Below are positions 30,105-37,804 of a stretch of DNA of 38,641 nucleotides, piece by piece. The DNA comes from Rhodoferax sp. (GTDB lineage: Bacteria > Pseudomonadota > Gammaproteobacteria > Burkholderiales > Burkholderiaceae_C). Below the pieces are notes generated by a model. That model had not been told where the DNA came from. It did no database searches and saw only the letters and a list, made by a program, of their open reading frames with translations. The stretch lies in the NCBI GenBank assembly GCA_031379255.1, contig JANNEZ010000019.1, forward strand, positions 1 to 38,641, written 5' to 3'. Positions within the stretch are counted from its first letter, which is position 1; each line of letters starts with the position of its first letter. The translations under genes and the position numbers were made by a program.

Positions 30105-30219
30105 GGGTTGGAGCTTAGTTTGACCCTGATCTGAAAGCCAATGGCAACAGACAACCGGTTGTTTTGACCGGCTAAACGGTAAGATCAAGCGTCATTTCAA
30201 ACCCATAGGCCGTCTTTTC

Positions 30220-31329
30220 GTGATTGATCGCGCTCTTCTCCTGGCCGCACAAAACCGCCAGTTGCCGCCTCCCAACCCCGCCGTCGGCTGTGTTCTCGCA
30301 GACGCCAGCGGTCACGTGATCGGCGAGGGTTTCACGCAGAAAGCGGGTGGCCACCATGCCGAAATCATGGCCCTGCGCGACGCTGCCGCCCGCGGACACA
30401 CGACCCACGGCGCAACCGCCCATGTCACATTGGAGCCCTGCTCCCACCAAGGCCGCACGGGGCCATGTTGCGACGTTTTGATCAAGGCAGGCATCCGCAG
30501 GGTGATGGCATCCGTCGCCGATCCCAACCCACTGGTGTCGGGCCAAGGTTTTGCGCGTCTTCGTGCGGCTGGCGTTGAAGTGGAAGTTGGCTTTGGCGCT
30601 GAGGAATCCCGCGAGCTCAATATTGGTTTTTTCAGCCGGATGATCCGCCGCACCCCTTGGGTGCGCCTCAAGGTGGCCGCTTCCCTGGATGGCAAAACCG
30701 CGCTGGAGAATGGCCAAAGCCAATGGATCACGTCTGAGCCAGCCCGAACCGATGGCCACGCCTGGCGGGCGCGCTCCTGCGCAGTATTGACCGGCATTGG
30801 CACGGTGCTGGAAGACGACCCCGCTTTGGACGTTCGCCTCGTGCCCACAGAGCGCCAGCCCCACCTGGTCGTTGTCGATAGCCGTCTGGATACGCCACTG
30901 ACGGCAAAGTTGCTCCTCCTGGGGCGAACATTGCTGATCTACTGCGCTGTGCAGGACGATGAGCGCAAGCGAGCCCTTGAAGCGAAAGGGGCCACCGTCA
31001 TTTCAATGCCGCAGAAGCCAGACGGACCGGCTGGCGGGCGGCTCAAAGTCGATTTGCGCGCCATGTTGGCAGATCTGGCCACCCGCGAGGTCAACGAAGT
31101 GCATGTGGAAGCGGGCCACAAACTCAATGGCTCGCTGGTCCGCGAAGGTCTGGTCGACGAATTTCTCGTCTACCTGGCGCCAAAACTGATCGGCCAGGGC
31201 CGCGACATGGCCAGTTTTGGACCGTTGACGCGGTTGAGCGACGCTCTTTCCCTGGAATTCAAGTCCAGTGCCATGGTGGGCCCAGACCTGCGTCTGCAGG
31301 CGCGCGTGTCTGGGCGGGACCGGTTTTAG
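30220..31329 (+). CDS. ribD: bifunctional riboflavin biosynthesis protein RibD (pyrimidine deaminase / uracil reductase)
   Basis: Deaminase zinc motifs HAEIMAL and TLEPCSHQGRTGPCC, with a C-terminal reductase domain. The GTG start at 30220 follows an in-frame TAG (30205-30207) with only four sense codons between, and there is no clear SD. Confidence 0.9.
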   Translation: MIDRALLLAAQNRQLPPPNPAVGCVLADASGHVIGEGFTQKAGGHHAEIMALRDAAARGHTTHGATAHVTLEPCSHQGRTGPCCDVLIKAGIRRVMASVADPNPLVSGQGFARLRAAGVEVEVGFGAEESRELNIGFFSRMIRRTPWVRLKVAASLDGKTALENGQSQWITSEPARTDGHAWRARSCAVLTGIGTVLEDDPALDVRLVPTERQPHLVVVDSRLDTPLTAKLLLLGRTLLIYCAVQDDERKRALEAKGATVISMPQKPDGPAGGRLKVDLRAMLADLATREVNEVHVEAGHKLNGSLVREGLVDEFLVYLAPKLIGQGRDMASFGPLTRLSDALSLEFKSSAMVGPDLRLQARVSGRDRF

Positions 31330-31397
31330 CCACTTGTTTTGCAAGAAGCACCCAGGACCGGTGCAAAACACCTCGTGATTCCTGCGAAAATACTCCC

Positions 31398-32051
31398 ATG
31401 TTCACCGGAATCATCACCGGCGTGGGGCGCATCGCCGCCATCCACGCCCTCGGCAGCTCTTTATCGCATGGCAAACAACTCAGTGTTGTTTGCCCGCCGG
31501 GTTACCTTGATGACGTGGGATTGGGCGACAGCATTGCCATCAATGGCGCTTGCATGACGGCAATCTCGATCGACGCCGCCAAAAACGAATTTCGCATCGA
31601 TGTCTCCGCTGAATCCCTGGCCCGCACCGCCGGGCTTGGCGCGACCGGCCCGGTCAACCTTGAAAAGGCGCTGAGTGCGCAGGATCGCCTGGGTGGGCAC
31701 ATTGTGGCGGGCCACGTGGATGGTGTCGGCACGGTGACCACTTTTGCCGAGGTAGGCGAAAGCTGGCTGCTGCAAATCCAGACGCCGGCAGAGTTGGCCA
31801 AATTTCTGGCCTACAAGGGCTCCATTGCGGTGAACGGCGTAAGCCTCACCGTCAACCAGGTCGACGATCTGCCCGGTGCAGCCGGTGACGGTCAAGCCGC
31901 CGCGCAGGCGTGCCGCATCAGCATCAACCTGATTCCCCATACAGTTCAAAACACCGCGCTGGGCGCGCTGACAACCGGCGCCCGGGTCAACCTGGAAGTT
32001 GACTTGATCGCGCGTTACGTCGAACGCATGCTGCAGAAAGTTCCCGCATGA
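31398..32051 (+). CDS. ribE: riboflavin synthase (alpha chain)
   Basis: [15 protein letters not shown] start, with the internal duplicated barrel motif ([12 protein letters not shown] / [12 protein letters not shown]). Confidence 0.92.
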   Translation: MFTGIITGVGRIAAIHALGSSLSHGKQLSVVCPPGYLDDVGLGDSIAINGACMTAISIDAAKNEFRIDVSAESLARTAGLGATGPVNLEKALSAQDRLGGHIVAGHVDGVGTVTTFAEVGESWLLQIQTPAELAKFLAYKGSIAVNGVSLTVNQVDDLPGAAGDGQAAAQACRISINLIPHTVQNTALGALTTGARVNLEVDLIARYVERMLQKVPA

Positions 32052-33178
32052 GCCTGTCCTCCCTATCGGCGCCTTTGCCCGCCACCATTTCCCCCGTTGA
32101 AGACATTGTTGCGGACATGCGCGCCGGCCTCATGGTGATCCTGGTGGACGAAGAAGACCGGGAAAACGAAGGCGATCTGGTGCTGGCGGCTGACCACGTG
32201 ACGGCGGAAGCCATCAACTTCATGGCGCGTTTTGGCCGCGGGCTGATCTGCCTCACCCTCACCCGCGACCGCTGCGAGCACCTTCAGCTGCCACCGATGG
32301 CGGTGCGCAACGGCGACAAAAAAGGCACCGCCTTTACCGTGTCGATTGAGGCGGCGGAAGGCGTGACAACCGGCATCTCAGCCGCCGACCGCGCCCGCAC
32401 GGTGCAGGCCGCCGTGGCCAAAAACGCCAAATCCGGAGATCTGGTGCAACCCGGCCATATCTTTCCGCTTCAAGCCGTCGATGGGGGCGTGCTCATGCGT
32501 GCGGGCCACACCGAAGCGGGTTGCGATTTGGCCGGCATGGCTGGTTGCACCCCGGCTGCCGTGATTTGCGAGATCATGAAAGACGACGGCACCATGGCGC
32601 GTCTGCCGGACTTGCAGGTGTTTGCCGCCGCGCATGGCCTCAAAATTGGCACCATTGCCGACCTGATCGAGCACCGCAGCCGGGTTGAATCGCTGGTTGA
32701 GAAACTCGGCACCCGCAGCTTGCAAACCGCCTTTGGCGAATTCACGGCGCGTGCCTTTCAAGACACCACCACCAAGGGTGTGCACCTCGCGCTGGTCAAG
32801 GGTGAATGGGCGCCCGATGACGCCGTACCCGTTCGCGTGCACGAACCCTTCTCCGTGCTGGACGCCCTGGAGGTCAACCGCGCCATGCACAGCTGGAGCC
32901 TCGACGCCAGCCTGCGGCACATTGCCGGCGAGGGGCGCGGCGTGGTCGTGCTGCTCAATTGCACCGAAAACGCCGAGCAGTTGCTGGCCCAGTTTGAAGG
33001 CACCGCGCGGGCCAGCCACGGCCCCGAGCGCGGGCGGATGGATTTGCGCACCTACGGCATCGGCGCTCAAATCCTGCGCGAATGCGGCGTTCACAAGATG
33101 ACCCTGATGGGCAGCCCAAGGCGCAGCCCCGGCCTTGCCGGTTATGGGCTGGATGTGGTTGGGTATGTTTCCAGATGA
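32048..33178 (+). CDS. ribB: 3,4-dihydroxy-2-butanone-4-phosphate synthase fused to a GTP cyclohydrolase II-like domain that appears degenerate (RibBX-type)
   Basis: The N-terminal half has DHBP synthase motifs ([24 protein letters not shown]). The C-terminal half aligns to RibA but lacks the Cys triad (see findings). ATGA overlap with ribE. Confidence 0.88.
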   Translation: MSLSSLSAPLPATISPVEDIVADMRAGLMVILVDEEDRENEGDLVLAADHVTAEAINFMARFGRGLICLTLTRDRCEHLQLPPMAVRNGDKKGTAFTVSIEAAEGVTTGISAADRARTVQAAVAKNAKSGDLVQPGHIFPLQAVDGGVLMRAGHTEAGCDLAGMAGCTPAAVICEIMKDDGTMARLPDLQVFAAAHGLKIGTIADLIEHRSRVESLVEKLGTRSLQTAFGEFTARAFQDTTTKGVHLALVKGEWAPDDAVPVRVHEPFSVLDALEVNRAMHSWSLDASLRHIAGEGRGVVVLLNCTENAEQLLAQFEGTARASHGPERGRMDLRTYGIGAQILRECGVHKMTLMGSPRRSPGLAGYGLDVVGYVSR

Positions 33179-33209
33179 GTTTCTGGATAAGTTTCAAGAT
33201 AAGTTTCAC
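33174..33209 (+). repeat. three tandem 12-bp units GAT(G/A)AGTTTC(TG/AA/AC) spanning the ribB stop codon
   Basis: GATGAGTTTCTG GATAAGTTTCAA GATAAGTTTCAC read directly from the sequence; the TGA stop of ribB is at 33176-33178. Confidence 0.9.
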
Positions 33210-33228
33210 ACCCTGAGAAAAAACAAAC

Positions 33229-33705
33229 ATGTTTGGCGCAGACAAAGGCACCCCGGATTCCCAACACAACCGCTTGGACGGCAAACCGCTGCATATTGGC
33301 GTGGTGCAGGCGCGCTTCAACGAGCCCGTCACAAATGCGCTGTTTGAGGCCTGCAAAGGCGAACTGATGGCCCTGGGCGTGCAGGCCCGGAATATTGACC
33401 ATGTGACGGTGCCGGGAGCGCTGGAAGTGGCCGTCGCGCTGCAGGCCATGGCTGAAAAATCGCGTTACGACGCCTTGATAGCCCTGGGTTGCATCATCCG
33501 GGGCGAAACCTACCACTTTGAACTGGTGGCCAATGAATCGGGCGCGGCGGTGACGCGGGTCTCCCTCGATTACCAGGTGCCAATCGCCAACGCCATCTTG
33601 ACCACTGAAAACCTCGACCAGGCCGTCGCGCGACAAACTGAAAAAGGCCGTGACGCCGCCCGCGTGGCCGTCGAGATGGCCAACCTGCTGGAAGAAATTG
33701 GATGA
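33229..33705 (+). CDS. ribH: 6,7-dimethyl-8-ribityllumazine synthase
   Basis: [16 protein letters not shown]..., VPGALEVAV, and [20 protein letters not shown] are typical of lumazine synthase. Confidence 0.93.
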   Translation: MFGADKGTPDSQHNRLDGKPLHIGVVQARFNEPVTNALFEACKGELMALGVQARNIDHVTVPGALEVAVALQAMAEKSRYDALIALGCIIRGETYHFELVANESGAAVTRVSLDYQVPIANAILTTENLDQAVARQTEKGRDAARVAVEMANLLEEIG

Positions 33706-34238
33706 ATGACACCCCCACCGGGCAGGGCAAAACCCGGCCACCGCGCCAGTCCCGCACCGGCTTGACCAGCACGGGCGCACGCAAGGCGGGCAGCAAATCT
33801 GGCCGGTCTCGCTCGCGCGAATTCGCGCTGCAGGGCCTGTACCAACTGCTGGTCGGCAAAAACGAGCCCGGCGACGTTGAAGCGTTCACCCGCGACCTGG
33901 CGGGTTTTTCCAAGGCCGACGAAGCCCATTTCGAAGCCCTATTACGCGGTTGCGCCAATGAATCCGCTGAACTGGACGCCCTCATCCTGCCGCACCTGGA
34001 CCGCAAACTTGAAGAGATCTCGCCGATCGAGCGCGGCATCCTGTGGATCGGCGCCTACGAGTTCAAACATTGCCTGGACGTGCCCTGGCGTGTGGCGCTC
34101 AACGAATGCATCGAACTGGCCAAGGAATTTGGTGGCACTGACGGCCACAAATACGTCAACGCCGTGCTCAACGCCGTGGCACCGGTGTTGCGCGGGCAGG
34201 AAGTCCACGCCGACCGCGCACGCGGCGCCAAACCCTGA
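33702..34238 (+). CDS. nusB: transcription antitermination factor NusB with basic N-terminal extension
   Basis: [18 protein letters not shown]..., then the conserved C-terminal [22 protein letters not shown] overlap with ribH. Confidence 0.9.
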   Translation: MNDTPTGQGKTRPPRQSRTGLTSTGARKAGSKSGRSRSREFALQGLYQLLVGKNEPGDVEAFTRDLAGFSKADEAHFEALLRGCANESAELDALILPHLDRKLEEISPIERGILWIGAYEFKHCLDVPWRVALNECIELAKEFGGTDGHKYVNAVLNAVAPVLRGQEVHADRARGAKP

Positions 34239-34277
34239 CGCGGCCTGGCTGAATCGCCAACCCATCCCCAATTTGCC

Positions 34278-35480
34278 ATGAGGATTTCAGCCCGCGCAGA
34301 ACGCATCGAGCCCTTTTACGTGATGGAAGTCGCCAAGGCGGCGGCAGAGATCGCCCGCGCCGCCGCGAAAAGCGACATGCCGATGGTGTTTCTGAATATT
34401 GGCGAGCCTGATTTCACTGCCGCTCCACTGGCGGCAGAAGCGGCTGAAAAAGCCATTCGCCGGGGCGCCACACAATATACGCAGGCAACCGGCCTGCCCG
34501 CCCTGCGCGAGCAGATCAGCGCCTGGTACCAAAGCCGTTTTGGCGTGCAGATCGACGCCGGGCGCATTGTCGTCACAGCGGGCGCGTCGGCTGCGCTGCA
34601 ACTGGCCTGCCTGGCGCTGATCGACCGGGGCGACCAGATCCTCATGCCCGACCCGAGTTACCCCTGCAACCGCCATTTTGTGAGTGCCGCAGACGGGCAA
34701 GCCGTGCTGGCCCCAACCACGGCGGAAGAGCGTTTCCAGTTGAGCGCCGCCAAAGTAGAAGCCGCCTGGAACCCGCACTCGCGCGGTGTGTTGCTGGCTT
34801 CCCCCTCCAACCCCACCGGCACCTCGATCCACCCGGATGAAATGCGCCGCATCCACCAGTTTGTGAGCGCCCAAGGCGGCATCACCCTGGTCGATGAAAT
34901 CTACCTCGGCCTGAGTTTCGACGCGCGGTTTGGCCAGACCGCGCTGGCGCTGGACGATCAAATCATCAGCATCAACAGTTTCAGCAAATATTTCAGCATG
35001 ACCGGCTGGCGCCTGGGCTGGCTGGTGGTTCCCGAAGCGCTGGTCAATACCATCGAGCGCCTGGCGCAAAATCTGTTTATTTGTCCGAGCACCGTGGCGC
35101 AACATGCGGCCCTGGCCTGTTTTGAGGCGCCCAGCCTCGCCGAGTTCGAAAGCCGCCGCGCCGAGTTCAAGGCCCGCCGCGACTACTTCATTCCCGCCCT
35201 CAACACCATCGGCCTGCCGGTTCCGGTGATGCCCGATGGCGCCTTCTACGCCTGGGCCGACTGCTCACAGGCCTGCCTGCGGTTGAACCAAAAATTCGGC
35301 GCCACGCTCCAAAACAGCTGGGACTTCGCTTTTGAGGTGATGCGCCGCGCTCACGTGGCAGTGACGCCGGGACGCGACTTTGGTGTGGCTCAAACGGGTA
35401 ACTTTGTGCGTTTTTCGACGGCCAGCTCCTTGACTGAGTTGAAAATCGCCATCGAGCGCCTCAAGGCCTTGTTGGCCTGA
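34278..35480 (+). CDS. pyridoxal-phosphate-dependent aminotransferase, class I/II (Asp/Ala aminotransferase-like)
   Basis: LASPSNPTGT, the PLP-lysine motif INSFSKYFSMTGWRLGW, and the terminal VRFS motif. Substrate specificity cannot be read from the sequence. Confidence 0.85.
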   Translation: MRISARAERIEPFYVMEVAKAAAEIARAAAKSDMPMVFLNIGEPDFTAAPLAAEAAEKAIRRGATQYTQATGLPALREQISAWYQSRFGVQIDAGRIVVTAGASAALQLACLALIDRGDQILMPDPSYPCNRHFVSAADGQAVLAPTTAEERFQLSAAKVEAAWNPHSRGVLLASPSNPTGTSIHPDEMRRIHQFVSAQGGITLVDEIYLGLSFDARFGQTALALDDQIISINSFSKYFSMTGWRLGWLVVPEALVNTIERLAQNLFICPSTVAQHAALACFEAPSLAEFESRRAEFKARRDYFIPALNTIGLPVPVMPDGAFYAWADCSQACLRLNQKFGATLQNSWDFAFEVMRRAHVAVTPGRDFGVAQTGNFVRFSTASSLTELKIAIERLKALLA

Positions 35481-35556
35481 CGGCAAGGCCTTGGCAAACC
35501 CGGCATGAGGCAGCAAGCCAGGCCCAACAAAAAATGGAAACACAGGGAATATTCCA

Positions 35557-36264
35557 ATGAACCAAGTTTCGATGAACCAAGACTTGTCCATCCTCCATCT
35601 GGTGCTCAACGCCAGCTTCGTCGTGCAGGCGGTCATGCTGCTGCTGGTGGTCGTCTCTGTCTCAAGCTGGGCGGCGATTTTCCGGAAACTGTTTGCGTTG
35701 CGGCGTGTCAAAGACCTGAATGAAACCTTTGAACGCGAATTCTGGTCGGGCACCAGCATGAACGATTTGTTCGCCGCTGCCGCCAAAAACGCCCGCAGCG
35801 CCGGGCCGATGGAGCGCATTTTCGCCAGCGGCATGCGCGAATTCCAGAAACTTCGCGAACGCCGCATCAGTGACACCTCCACCTTGATGGACGGCGCGCG
35901 GCGCGCCATGCGCGCCAGCTTCCAGCGCGAGATGGACGTGGTTGACAGCAATTTATCGTTCCTCGCTTCGGTTGGCTCGGTCTCGCCGTACGTCGGCCTG
36001 TTTGGCACGGTCTGGGGCATCATGCACGCCTTCACTGGCTTGGCCTCGCTGCAGCAGGTGACACTCGCCACCGTCGCGCCGGGCATTGCCGAAGCGCTGG
36101 TGGCCACCGCCATTGGCCTCTTTGCCGCGATACCCGCTGTGGTGGCCTACAACCGCTTCGCCCGTGACATCGACCGGGTAGCGATCAAGCTGGAGACCTT
36201 CATTGAAGAGTTCTCCAATATTCTTCAACGCAATGTCGGCGCGCAACCCGCGTCCGGCAAATAA
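35557..36264 (+). CDS. tolQ: Tol-Pal system protein TolQ
   Basis: MotA/TolQ/ExbB family: DLSILHLVLNASFVVQAVMLLL, SVSPYVGLFGTVWGIMHAF, and TVAPGIAEALVATAIGLFAAIPAVVAYN. Confidence 0.9.
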   Translation: MNQVSMNQDLSILHLVLNASFVVQAVMLLLVVVSVSSWAAIFRKLFALRRVKDLNETFEREFWSGTSMNDLFAAAAKNARSAGPMERIFASGMREFQKLRERRISDTSTLMDGARRAMRASFQREMDVVDSNLSFLASVGSVSPYVGLFGTVWGIMHAFTGLASLQQVTLATVAPGIAEALVATAIGLFAAIPAVVAYNRFARDIDRVAIKLETFIEEFSNILQRNVGAQPASGK

Positions 36265-36281
36265 TTGCAGGGCACCACACC

Positions 36282-36767
36282 ATGCCAGCACTGGTAAGCC
36301 GCGGGCGCGGGCGGCGCTCCATCAACGAGATCAACATGGTGCCCTTCATCGACGTGATGCTGGTGCTCTTGATCATCTTCATGGTGACGGCGCCGCTGAT
36401 TGCGCCGAGCATGATCGAGCTGCCCAGCGTGGGCCGCGCGGCCAAGGCGCCGGATGTGGTGATCCAGATCATCATCGGCAAAGACGAAGCGCTGTCCATC
36501 AAAAGCCAGGAGAAAACCTCGCCCGTCGCCTTGAAGGACCTGGTGCGCTCGGTCAAGGCGGCGCAAACCAGCGCTGGCAAGCCTGCTCTGGGCCAGCCAT
36601 CTGTGGCGGGCGCCCCCGTGAATGCCGCGCCTGGCAACACGGCCGTTGTCATCAGCGCCGACAAAAGTGTGAAATACGAATCGATCGTAAAAGTGATGGA
36701 CGTGTTGCAGCGCGCCGGCATCCAGCGCGTAGGCCTCTCGGTGCAACTGGTGAATTCACCGGGGTGA
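36282..36767 (+). CDS. tolR: Tol-Pal system protein TolR (ExbD/TolR family)
   Basis: INEINMVPFIDVMLVLLIIFMVTAP with the conserved TM Asp. Position after tolQ. Confidence 0.88.
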   Translation: MPALVSRGRGRRSINEINMVPFIDVMLVLLIIFMVTAPLIAPSMIELPSVGRAAKAPDVVIQIIIGKDEALSIKSQEKTSPVALKDLVRSVKAAQTSAGKPALGQPSVAGAPVNAAPGNTAVVISADKSVKYESIVKVMDVLQRAGIQRVGLSVQLVNSPG

Positions 36768-36794
36768 AGGAATAAAGGCACAAAGGCATATGGC

Positions 36795-37613
36795 ATGAAC
36801 GCCGCCACACACCGCCTGGAGTTTGCGCCGCCACCCGTGCCGGGGTTCGTGCGCGCCTTCGGGCTGGCGGTGCTGGCGCATCTGCTGCTGCTGGCCGCTC
36901 TGACCTGGGGCGTCAACTGGCGCAGCGCTGACGAGCCCTTTACGGCGGAGGCCGAGTTGTGGTCGCAGGTGCCGGTGCAGGCCGCGCCCAAACCGGTTGT
37001 GGCGCCGCCTGTATTGCCGAGCATTGCGCCGCCGGTGGTCGAAAAACCGGTCCAGACGCCACCGAAACCGTCTGCGCCAGACATCGTCACCCAGCGCGAG
37101 AAACAACGCCTGGCCGCCGAGAAAAAACAGCTGGAGGCCAAGCAACAGGACGACAAAAAGAAAGAGCTGAAAAAGCAGGAAGAACTCAAACAGGCCGACG
37201 CCGCAAAACGCAAGGAAGAGGCGGCCAAACTCGACGCCAAACAGCTCGAAGCGCAGCGCCAGGAGAACATCAAACGCATGGCCGGCCTGGCGGGGGCGAC
37301 GGGCGCTGCGACGGCCACCGGCACGGCGCAGCAATCCGCCGGGCCGTCGTCAAGTTACCAGGGCCGCATCCAGGCGCGCATCTACCCGAACATCGTGTTC
37401 ACCGAAGACATCCCAGGCAACCCGGTGGCGCTGGTGGAAGTGCGTGCCGCCCCTGATGGCACCATCACCGGGCGCAAGCTGCTCAAATCCAGCGGCATCC
37501 TCGCCTGGGACGAAGCCGTGCTCAAGGCCATCGACAAAACCGAAGTGTTGCCGCGCGATGTCGACGGGCGCGTGCCGCCTTTGCTGGAAATCGGCTTCCG
37601 GCCGAAAAAATAA
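36795..37613 (+). CDS. tolA: cell envelope integrity protein TolA
   Basis: N-terminal TM (AFGLAVLAHLLLLAAL), then a Pro-rich segment, then a Lys/Glu/Ala/Gln-rich helical domain (KQLEAKQQDDKKKELKKQEELKQADAAKRKEEAAKLD), and a TonB/TolA-like C-terminal domain. Confidence 0.85.
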   Translation: MNAATHRLEFAPPPVPGFVRAFGLAVLAHLLLLAALTWGVNWRSADEPFTAEAELWSQVPVQAAPKPVVAPPVLPSIAPPVVEKPVQTPPKPSAPDIVTQREKQRLAAEKKQLEAKQQDDKKKELKKQEELKQADAAKRKEEAAKLDAKQLEAQRQENIKRMAGLAGATGAATATGTAQQSAGPSSSYQGRIQARIYPNIVFTEDIPGNPVALVEVRAAPDGTITGRKLLKSSGILAWDEAVLKAIDKTEVLPRDVDGRVPPLLEIGFRPKK

Positions 37614-37687
37614 GCCCGGCAAGGGCCAAAGCAGGAACCGGCGTCGACGCAGCGGCGGCAGACATGGCATCAGCCGATGTCGCGTAC

Positions 37688-37795
37688 AAAATTAACATGG
37701 GTGTTAATTTTAGACGGTTTCAGCCGGAAATTTTCCAGTTTTTAGATTTTTTAGCCGACCAAGTCACATAAAAGCTTGATAGTTTGCTATTTTTT
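37688..37795 (+). repeat. copy C (diverged) of the dispersed bipartite intergenic repeat, with a perfect 10-bp hairpin at 37688-37711 and core ATAGTTTGCTAT at 37779-37790
   Basis: AAAATTAACA-TGGG-TGTTAATTTT, then CGGTTTCAGCC, AGCCGACCAAGTCA and TTGATAGTTTGCTAT. These align in order with copy A (CGTTTATCAGC, GGCCATCAAGTCA, TTGAATAGTTTGCTAT). Confidence 0.55.
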
Positions 37796-37804
37796 TAGTA
37801 GCAA

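Noticed and set aside
30105-30219. Looked for an FMN (RFN) riboswitch before ribD and a sigma-54 promoter (TGGCAC-N5-TTGC) before fimT in the divergent spacer
   Set aside because: No RFN core motifs are present. TGGCAACAGACAACC on the plus strand lacks the TTGC element. Only the short palindrome AACCGGTT was seen.
35265-37324. 282-aa and 374-aa minus-strand ORFs
   Set aside because: They are antisense to tolQ, tolR and tolA. The Ser/Cys/Ala-rich products mirror the Lys/Glu/Ala repeat region of TolA.
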